A stretch of DNA of 64,000 nt. Source: an uncultured virus (IMG/VR IMGVR_UViG_3300006923_003182). Its lineage: Duplodnaviria > Heunggongvirae > Uroviricota > Caudoviricetes. The notes under the pieces are model-generated. The model was not told where the DNA came from. It did not search any database and was given only the letters and a program-made list of their open reading frames with translations. Each line of letters opens with the position of its first letter. The stretch's first letter is position 1. The DNA lies in IMG/VR virus record IMGVR_UViG_3300006923_003182, positions 1 through 64,000 of that record; one strand, given 5' to 3'. Position numbers and translations under genes: made by a program. Below are positions 57,101-64,000 of this stretch, piece after piece.

Positions 57101-60100
57101 CTATCGCAAATCCGTGCAGCACCTCTTGGCCAATGTCTGAAAATTTATCATTTATTTTTATCTTTGCCGAACCACCAAATCTATATAGATTTGGAGCCTC
57201 TAGGCCATCAAGAAATAGGTGCATTTCATCTTGCTCGTTAAGAGTATTTAACCTCCAACTTGCAGCGACATGATGCAGCTCTCCGGGCCTAAAGTTCTTT
57301 ATATTTGTAGCTATATTAAAAACACCCGATTCGGAAGATGACTTACTTTCTTTTATTCTAAAATTTAGAAATCCCTTGCCATCCTTGAACAGAGAGACTC
57401 TTCCGTGGCGCTCATCCTCTCCGGTATCGTATATATACCTGAATCTGTCTGAATTTAAATAAATCTCATCCACGTCATAATCTGGGCCGGACAGGTAGCC
57501 ATCGGCGTAACCATCAATATAGCCATCGGCGTAACCATCAATATAGCCTTCGGCGTAACCATCCACGAACAGGGCCGGCTCTCCCGCAAAGAAGGAGAAC
57601 AAAACCTTTGAATCAGTATTTATAAATATATCATTGCTCTCTAGCGTACTCACCCTCTCCTCGTGCCTTCCCTCAAAGGACACTAGGGATAAATCCAGAG
57701 AGGAAGATCTTTCTGAGGCTGGCTCGAAAACAGATGAGTCAAGCCATCTTATCGCAATGTATGGCTCGGACAGGAGATCGCAGTCATCCAGATTGGCATC
57801 ATTAAAATCTGACCCGGCAAGCCTTGACAAAATTGTGCTGTCTGCGCTTATTGTTATATTTCCATCTAAATCTTTATCTACGCTTAGTCCGATAAACTCA
57901 TTAGATATCCAGTCCAAATATACTATGTCCAAAATGGAGTTATCTACTCCGTCCATAATAACAGCCAGTGGAGTTCCGAAGTTAGCATGAGCTAGGGCGA
58001 TCTTAATAGATATTGATCCATCGCCGATTTCAATTGGAATCATTCCGGAAAACGTACCAGAAATTGCACCATCAAATTCGGACCCGCCGGCTTGATCGAT
58101 GTAATTTGCTCGAAAAAATACAGAAGCAGAGTATTCACCGCCGGAGCATGGGAGGCTTGAATAAATAAGCTCATCTCCACCGGAGAGCCCTCCTCCGCTC
58201 ATTCTATATATTCCTCCGGATTCATTGGTAGAAAAATCACCAACTTTTGCCCACGGGATTGACTCCAGGGACGACCCTCCGGTTATGACGTTTATTAGCT
58301 CAGACTGCGTCTCCCTGATGTTTCTCCACCCAGACTCCTCTATCAGTCCGTCTCCGCAGTATCTGAGCTCCGAGGAGCACACAGCTCCAATACGACACCC
58401 GTTTTCATCTTCACTTCTTCTCGCCCTCAGTACCGATGAAAATTCACCGTTTGTTGTAACCTTTCCTGAAATACCATAATTTGAATGAATTTCTTCAAAT
58501 GTATTTTGAAACGATCGAACCGCTCGGTCTACCTTGTAGCTTCCATCCGGAAGTATTGACGGGAAGCCAAAATCAGAATTGATGACGAGAGAATACAGGG
58601 CGGGGTCAGTAGCCATGAGCTGATCTTTGCTTGTAATCTCCCACTCTTCAGAGATTAGGTCTTCATTCTCGCTATACTCGCCCAGAAGAGAAGATATTCC
58701 CCAGTATAAATATTTAGAAATCTGACACTCAAAATCACAATTTTTATTATCATCATGATACCACGATGATATCGGGTATACAGCCGGAACTATAGGATAA
58801 TATCCTCCCCGCGCCGTATTCATGGCGGTTGTCAGCTCCGATCCGACGAAGAGCCCAAACTTGTCCGGGTATGTATTTGAATAGCCCACATCACCTATTA
58901 AACTCCACACCATTCTGGTCGTTGGATCTACAGCTTCGTCCGAGATGTCATTTGAATATATTACAATACCAGTATTAAACTCTTTATCTTCCCAAATTCT
59001 TGACTCAAGTGAGTCAAAATCGCCTCTATCTTCTGAGACTATTATATATGAATTTCTTTCCGTCAAATTTTGAATAACGAGCTTATTATCAGGATGACCG
59101 TCTTCGTCATTATCCAAGAGCTGGGCAAGAACATTTGCAACGTGCAGGACTTTTTCGCTTGAAGCCAAGCTCGTAGAGAAAATATGAATCCCGAATACAT
59201 TAATGTACTTTACAAGCCCCGCGGCAAAAAACGAAGATAACTCCGCCGGGGGATTGGAAAACTCCAGGGAGAAATCGTCGTATATCGGGAACGCTCCAGA
59301 TGGAATTACTACATTTTTATCTATTCGACTCCTAATAACCCACTGGCCCGCATCTTCAGACAGCGGTGATTCGCAGGTCTCATCGAAGCCTATAAATATC
59401 CCCTCGCTTACATCCGCATTATGAGGAAGACCAGAAGACACGAGCGGAAAATCATCTTTGTTTACAGAAAACGGCATACGCATGGGGTTTCTTGCGGTCT
59501 TTCCAATAAATATGTCTTCCAATCCAAACCTATTTTTTATGGAATAATTATATTTTCCTATATTAAATACAGACTGGCACATGCTATCTGGAGCAGATAT
59601 GGAGATTCCGTGCCCAAATGATGAGTCGCTATGCGACATAAGATCCGAGTAGAGAACTTGAGCTTTCTTTCCGGCATTTAGGTGCGTCTTTAGCAACACA
59701 GAGACAACGTTATCTAATGGATTATGATCTGTTGTTACATTGACGTGACCAGAGCTCCAATCTAATAGGTAGTCCATATTCTCAAAATTAAAAATTTCTT
59801 CAGACAAAGCGCTGGTTGCGAGGGGAATGGAGACAGATTGAGCCACAACTCTTAATCTTCCAATCGGAAGGTAATCGTTCAAGGCCTTCGACCCTGCGGC
59901 GCTAAGATGCTGCATATTTCCGGGGATTCTCTCGATAATAAATCCGCCAATTTTGGTCGGAATTCCGCCCCTTACCGTTCTTCCTGCAAGATCCAAGAAC
60001 GCATACACCTCATATATCCCGCCATTTGAGTCGACGATCTGAAGTACAGACGGGGACTCATCGATAAGGAAATTCTTGTTCAGGAATGACGAAAGATCGA

Positions 60101-63100
60101 TCTCGTGGTCCAACTCAATTCTTATAACCTGGGTGTCTTTATTTCTAAAGTCCAAAAGATTATCAATAACATTGCTAACAGCGCAGACACATCCTCGTAT
60201 GGGGTACGGCCCCTCGTATGACGGATACTCCACCGCATCAATATGCTCTTCTTTCGTCTCGAAGATTAAAATATTTCCATCGGAATCCCTTACCGGCTTC
60301 ACATTAAGCAGAATCTGCAGAGATTTATTATTATCAGAGATAGAAATTGCGGCCACACAATTAGAGTCCAAATCGGACATGTGATGGGATATATCTGTAG
60401 AATGTCCAAGCGCTTCGGGAAGGGAGAAGGTATCAACTCTTATGCTCGTATCGAGCCTAAGTGGGCCAAAATGAGAAAGGGCCGGTGGGCTTTTCTTTAG
60501 CCCAAACTCTCCGGACGAAACCTTCTCTAGTCCAGATTCGTCGTATACCATCTTGTAGTTCGATATAGAGACTCCATCTCCAGAGTAATCTATAGTCCCA
60601 ACAGCGTTGGATATCTCGAATAATTCAAATTTATTTTTGAGGCTAAACGGATCCGTGGTTGTATTGTAATAAAACCTATCTTCTCCGATATCATCCAAGT
60701 TAATCGTTAAGGTTGCATCATTATTTATACCTGCCCACTCCGGACGAATCCATGCAGATAGCGTTCCCTCTTCTATTGAAATATTTGAATCGGAGGGTAT
60801 TTTAACAATATTATCATCATTTATCATCAGCCCTGAGCCAAATCGACCCTCGGAGAAATCCAGAACACCGCTGTATTCAACTCCACCCGGAGATAAGTAG
60901 TCTCGCCCAAGAATCCAGTTTCCAAAATGAGACTCAGTTATCTCCGGCTCAATCAGTGTGAACGATTCTATCAATGATTTGAACGCCGGGACGGTCGGCC
61001 CAGATGTAAATGCCTCTAGCGTCCCCAGTAGCGCGCTTCTATACGTTTCGCGGTCTGTCGACATAGAGAAGTCTTTGAAAAATGGTATATCAGTTAGGTT
61101 TCCGAAGTTTTTCCTCAGAGCATCCCTGAGCGCTCCGTATTTGTATGATACATAATAATCCTGCCCCTCGATCATCGCATTGGAGATGGACCAGTCAATT
61201 TGATTATCTCCATATTCATATGATACATAGATATCGTCAGCAACATACGAGTAATCTAAAAAGATCTTCCCGTACCTATAATCCACAATGAGACTATCTC
61301 CGGGCTCGGGGATGTTGCTATCGATATAAGATATATCTACCATATCTCCATTTGCAACGGCGGCATCCGACGGAATTAATATCTCCATTCTATCTTCATA
61401 GATGTCTACAGTGGCTTTTACAATGATCTTCGCGCCCGCTCCTACTGTCGGCTCTTGCGCCTCTACGTTATTTACTGCAGGAGAGAAGACGTCAAGCGTT
61501 GATGTCAGGCTGTCAAAGTTATTTATTTCGAACCTATTTCCATCCGAATCAAGCAGAAAATCTTCTAGGTTATCTATTGATGAATTTATGCTTCCGCTCC
61601 TAATCCCGGCCGAGGCTGTGCCATCGAAAGAATTGGAGAAAACTATTTCAACATCGTCGATTTTTGTTACATTTAGCTTCTCATCAAACAGCTCCTCTCC
61701 CGTTTTGGACAAGGTTATTGATAATAGTTTGCTAATATTTGAATCTTTTACCGTTATACTATAAGTCCCATCTTTTTCTATCAGGTAGCGACTATCATGC
61801 CTCTTTAGATCGATAACATTGGCGTCGATCTTCATATGTGAGGCGTTATAAATATTTCCGCCGCCGTCCGAAACAAAGGAGGTTAACAAGGAAGCATCGA
61901 GGGCCGATTTTCTTTTGGATCTGTACCTGCTATCAAGGCTAGCGCCTACAACTGATTCTTTTAAGTAAATTCCATTTATCTGTCTTATATCGGACATCAT
62001 GGCAACCGTATAGTCGCCGAGAACAGTTGCAGCAGAAACCGCCTCCCCGTGAGAGTTAAATGTACTTCCAATCTCCGGAGACTCAAATGATGGCTCTAGA
62101 TCTATTAGTGATATACTATTGGAATCAAGAGAGAAATCTTCATATATTACGGCTGCATTTTTAATCGAATCAGAAGCTCTGTTTTTCTTTGCGATCTGAT
62201 CCGAGCTTAATAGGTTGGGGTTTTTGGTTATAATCTTTGAGCAACTATATTTTGCCGTTCCAAGCGCGAGGGGGTCCTGGCTCTTATTGATTCCAAGATA
62301 TACAACTCCATGCGCATAATCAACAACATAGTCTCCAACGCGAGTTATCCTGGATAAATTCTCAAAAAATTTATCGCCGCGCTTAGACAAAACCGACGAT
62401 ACAAACCCCGATCTTGATGCCTCGTTGATGTCGTAATCAGATGAAAGCGGAGAAAAGAACCTCTCTTCTATAAATACATCATCTTTGGAAAAAGATAATG
62501 ATGAATTAAAAAAGACACCCATGGCGTCAAGCTCTTTATTTAAAATGCCAATATTTGAAAGAGCCATGGAAATAACTCTTGGCCCAATAATCACTTCCGA
62601 GCCCAGCATGGGGGTCGACAAGGAGTTGGATATTCCAACAGAGTTTATCACGCCCTCTGAGTCGGGGGAGCCAAAAAACTGAATCGGCAGATCGTCCGAA
62701 TCGGACTCCCCTCTTATAAAGTATTCTTTTGAGTTCTCGTCGATCAGCTCTGCCGGGATGCCCGGCTTGATCTTAATGTTACTATTTGAACCTCCAGATA
62801 CAACCGTAGTCTTAAATGCCGGAGAGACAAACTCTTCGAATGGCTCGATTTTTTCTGCATCAACCTTTAGGAACTCTGCCATTTCTGATTTTTTAGACTC
62901 AAACTTTGGAGGAGTTCGGCCAGTGAAATGGATTTCCGTATCGGTAGTGTATAGTTTTTTATATACTTCTCCCGTTGTTTGGTTTACAATTCTAAATACA
63001 TTTGTTATCGGCTGATGCGCCGTCTCTACCGAGAAAGACGACGTAAAGTTGTTTTCCACATGCTCGGCCGAGACCTCCTCGTGACATGGAGCTCTATAAT

Positions 63101-63929
63101 CATCTCCCTCTGAAAATACCTCTCCGTAAGAGAATTCTATTTTCACCTCTTGGCCGCCGAGATCTCTCACCTTGCTGGCGACAACATCTCCTCCATCAAC
63201 ATAATAGTCTAAATTATTCTCAAATACGTCTCTATAGTAATATTGCGCAGCGAGGCTTTTAGACCCAGTTCCAGATACCCCGTCTCCAACGATTATTACC
63301 TCTCCGGTTTCGTAATTTATCGAGTACTCGCCCTCCAGCATCGGGAGTCTTGATGTATTAAACTTTAGTTCTTTTAAAAATGCACTTGGAAGCCCCGGCT
63401 CTCCGGATGAATGTGAAAATGCAACCCCGCCAATCTCGGCAACTTCGTTATTAGAAAAAACAATCGGAGCATTAGACAAAAAGAATCTAGAAATATTGGT
63501 TGGAATCGATTCCTTTGCCACATGTTTTACGTTAAATACACTAACTGAATCTTCCGACACCTCAATTCCAAAGTCATTAAACGCATAAGAGATTATTAAC
63601 TTATCGCCGGGTCGTGGCTTGTCTATATTTCCAAACTCAGATATTAAAATTTGATTTGATTTCAACTCAAAGTAAGAAAGAGAATGTTCTCGATCATATT
63701 TATTATCCAGTATGGAGTACTTATATCTTTCTATATTATAATCTGTTCCTATTTCATTATTGCAATCATAAATATCATTTTCCTTTATGAGCGCTAGGGA
63801 CAATAATTTTATTATATTCTTATTTGCAAGACTAATTAAATATCCATCAAATTCGCCATCACTTGTATCTTCACTAATGTCTACGCTTACCACTCGCCTG
63901 CGGAGCGACACTGGGCCGCTTGATGGCAT
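54123..63929 (-). CDS. giant (>=3268 aa) putative virion structural protein with LamG-like domains; may start upstream of the window
   Basis: EGTLSAWIRP, LHHVAASW...LFLDG, GVIDEFKI, TWHRIICTY...MFVDG, IDNIRFS; C-terminal NRLKPAHS; frame stays open to 64000 although GGAGG precedes ATG 63929. Confidence 0.7.
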   Translation of the reverse strand: MPSSGPVSLRRRVVSVDISEDTSDGEFDGYLISLANKNIIKLLSLALIKENDIYDCNNEIGTDYNIERYKYSILDNKYDREHSLSYFELKSNQILISEFGNIDKPRPGDKLIISYAFNDFGIEVSEDSVSVFNVKHVAKESIPTNISRFFLSNAPIVFSNNEVAEIGGVAFSHSSGEPGLPSAFLKELKFNTSRLPMLEGEYSINYETGEVIIVGDGVSGTGSKSLAAQYYYRDVFENNLDYYVDGGDVVASKVRDLGGQEVKIEFSYGEVFSEGDDYRAPCHEEVSAEHVENNFTSSFSVETAHQPITNVFRIVNQTTGEVYKKLYTTDTEIHFTGRTPPKFESKKSEMAEFLKVDAEKIEPFEEFVSPAFKTTVVSGGSNSNIKIKPGIPAELIDENSKEYFIRGESDSDDLPIQFFGSPDSEGVINSVGISNSLSTPMLGSEVIIGPRVISMALSNIGILNKELDAMGVFFNSSLSFSKDDVFIEERFFSPLSSDYDINEASRSGFVSSVLSKRGDKFFENLSRITRVGDYVVDYAHGVVYLGINKSQDPLALGTAKYSCSKIITKNPNLLSSDQIAKKNRASDSIKNAAVIYEDFSLDSNSISLIDLEPSFESPEIGSTFNSHGEAVSAATVLGDYTVAMMSDIRQINGIYLKESVVGASLDSRYRSKRKSALDASLLTSFVSDGGGNIYNASHMKIDANVIDLKRHDSRYLIEKDGTYSITVKDSNISKLLSITLSKTGEELFDEKLNVTKIDDVEIVFSNSFDGTASAGIRSGSINSSIDNLEDFLLDSDGNRFEINNFDSLTSTLDVFSPAVNNVEAQEPTVGAGAKIIVKATVDIYEDRMEILIPSDAAVANGDMVDISYIDSNIPEPGDSLIVDYRYGKIFLDYSYVADDIYVSYEYGDNQIDWSISNAMIEGQDYYVSYKYGALRDALRKNFGNLTDIPFFKDFSMSTDRETYRSALLGTLEAFTSGPTVPAFKSLIESFTLIEPEITESHFGNWILGRDYLSPGGVEYSGVLDFSEGRFGSGLMINDDNIVKIPSDSNISIEEGTLSAWIRPEWAGINNDATLTINLDDIGEDRFYYNTTTDPFSLKNKFELFEISNAVGTIDYSGDGVSISNYKMVYDESGLEKVSSGEFGLKKSPPALSHFGPLRLDTSIRVDTFSLPEALGHSTDISHHMSDLDSNCVAAISISDNNKSLQILLNVKPVRDSDGNILIFETKEEHIDAVEYPSYEGPYPIRGCVCAVSNVIDNLLDFRNKDTQVIRIELDHEIDLSSFLNKNFLIDESPSVLQIVDSNGGIYEVYAFLDLAGRTVRGGIPTKIGGFIIERIPGNMQHLSAAGSKALNDYLPIGRLRVVAQSVSIPLATSALSEEIFNFENMDYLLDWSSGHVNVTTDHNPLDNVVSVLLKTHLNAGKKAQVLYSDLMSHSDSSFGHGISISAPDSMCQSVFNIGKYNYSIKNRFGLEDIFIGKTARNPMRMPFSVNKDDFPLVSSGLPHNADVSEGIFIGFDETCESPLSEDAGQWVIRSRIDKNVVIPSGAFPIYDDFSLEFSNPPAELSSFFAAGLVKYINVFGIHIFSTSLASSEKVLHVANVLAQLLDNDEDGHPDNKLVIQNLTERNSYIIVSEDRGDFDSLESRIWEDKEFNTGIVIYSNDISDEAVDPTTRMVWSLIGDVGYSNTYPDKFGLFVGSELTTAMNTARGGYYPIVPAVYPISSWYHDDNKNCDFECQISKYLYWGISSLLGEYSENEDLISEEWEITSKDQLMATDPALYSLVINSDFGFPSILPDGSYKVDRAVRSFQNTFEEIHSNYGISGKVTTNGEFSSVLRARRSEDENGCRIGAVCSSELRYCGDGLIEESGWRNIRETQSELINVITGGSSLESIPWAKVGDFSTNESGGIYRMSGGGLSGGDELIYSSLPCSGGEYSASVFFRANYIDQAGGSEFDGAISGTFSGMIPIEIGDGSISIKIALAHANFGTPLAVIMDGVDNSILDIVYLDWISNEFIGLSVDKDLDGNITISADSTILSRLAGSDFNDANLDDCDLLSEPYIAIRWLDSSVFEPASERSSSLDLSLVSFEGRHEERVSTLESNDIFINTDSKVLFSFFAGEPALFVDGYAEGYIDGYADGYIDGYADGYLSGPDYDVDEIYLNSDRFRYIYDTGEDERHGRVSLFKDGKGFLNFRIKESKSSSESGVFNIATNIKNFRPGELHHVAASWRLNTLNEQDEMHLFLDGLEAPNLYRFGGSAKIKINDKFSDIGQEVLHGFAIDNILFSDIYEDGTVSAGSSSLYSGDAGFSSDMVGRSIIIRSSGMAPTMVGEELIIGSVIDSSRVTIVSGINLNPVVFNTSASDIRFSFAPTAGIKSRIKTDLKNEKFSIYRKTCNGEEMELGGVLYSVDSGAINIISGDEIIKPSFRANVSDRTIEFVGGNVDCKSTDTIEYSDLDIHIRTFGLVLGRLKEGIWLSGSSYYSDSGFDIEKYSGKSILKTHSTPPIDLDDISMRRVVLDRMIPAIDSYETGPWGSSVDFEISLDSELGHNLLTSESGRISTQNLGRNLTLRFDSDNVIFCDDRDGYIDGYGASLGDSFIDVFGDTTDGVGVERVILRENGSVELSKTFLNVSRIAGSLGVADIDYEPCVVELVETDLITESVNGGETAEFESYRAGLFNITTAGTGGTVPFELHPGKYELDYPTRLKVSVPRIGKDSFIGTDIRGEGQFGGVIDEFKIISEMSQDTRPVATGRAGVRSITGEFNDPNRSCPDRQTLALIHFENPIELQRRRLRLKEFLNEETNFKFKLNTEQIALLLAHINNEATFVDNMMRIGFSKEDSRATYLESHAAAGGPIFNDATYYPGIGSSDISGVSVNSAFGESARFINSPPLILNNKDSYFRRDEGSIELWVSPAMDTEADDEDRYYIDIASSAMARVSASSPTSIRLPSAASKIIGIRLMRKTKEFSEFYTQEEADAILFDEIHRSQISGRLAGGTGTDKDFSVGAILSPNGREVSLREALPGHDVDVVVSYVPLEFSGDRISIYKSKFGQIVFSITASGIENAVKTNINWTKNTWHRIICTYKANSSRDNMTMFVDGIEGGTITYGTNLTYNGGITYGQQLSSRGTIASNNYKIKIVDDFRTIGVGGDILGGRSAYSRIDNIRFSRVARHIPRDIYGNYIDINYSENKESIYPIIEDDMTTAIINFTKVMADDENFASIIDPERGIYNFDIEILDDLGRITDEKTEDLIIELVNRLKPAHSNALVKFPRNHC
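57496..57563. repeat. 24-nt tandem repeat (~2.8 copies) encoding DGYA/DGYI
   Basis: tagccatcggcgtaaccatcaata x2 then tagccttcggcgtaaccatc; protein VDGYAEGYIDGYADGYIDGYADGYL. Confidence 0.85.
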
Positions 63930-64000
63930 AGCCCCCTCCCTCGCCTCTCCGCCAGAAGACAGGTCTATTGCTCCGAATCTCGACGGAAAGCCTTCGGGAA

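Noticed and set aside
134..63015. Numerous short plus-strand ORFs in the track
   Set aside because: Antisense shadows of well-supported minus-strand genes with no recognisable motifs; only the LOG gene is accepted
1..64000. CRISPR array, tRNA/rRNA or large ncRNA
   Set aside because: Intergenic gaps are all under ~90 nt; no repeat-spacer pattern or cloverleaf seen by eye
1..64000. Eukaryotic giant virus (NCLDV) origin suggested by the HAD-type PMM and glycosylation genes
   Set aside because: Shine-Dalgarno sites, overlapping operonic genes, DnaB/DnaC and a peptidoglycan amidase indicate a bacterial host
1..64000. Stop-codon reassignment
   Set aside because: TAA, TGA and TAG all terminate conserved genes at expected ends (e.g. 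TAG at 15369), and ORFs tile the window in the standard code

Overview
This 64-kb window looks like part of a very large (jumbo-type) bacteriophage genome. Genes are densely packed with many overlapping stop/start codons, and all but one lie on the minus strand. In window order it contains: a PrkA/YeaG AAA+ gene (truncated); a replication block (DnaB, a DnaC-like loader, an Hfq/Sm-like protein, a resolvase-like nuclease, an SF2 helicase); a thioesterase; an amidase endolysin; a glycosyltransferase fused in frame to a tubulin/FtsZ-family GTPase; a GIY-YIG nuclease with seven Fis-type HTHs; iscA/nfu/iscU; gmd; a MotA/TolQ-like membrane trio; glmS; a LOG-family gene; an ~17-kb nucleotide-sugar/glycosyltransferase/sulfotransferase cluster; and two giant putative virion proteins. 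The most striking signal is at 18.7-32 kb. Five ORFs there carry strings of ADP-ribosyltransferase-like, NUDIX, ParB-like, PcfJ, DUF5591-like and HsdS-like domains. Each ORF, and most of the internal domains, begins with the same 12-aa motif R-x3-[ILV]-x2-[LIF]-x-K-x-[AS] (11 copies). This suggests a signal-tagged, protease-processed polyprotein system of virion-packaged effectors. All family calls come from motifs recognised by eye; no database searches were run.
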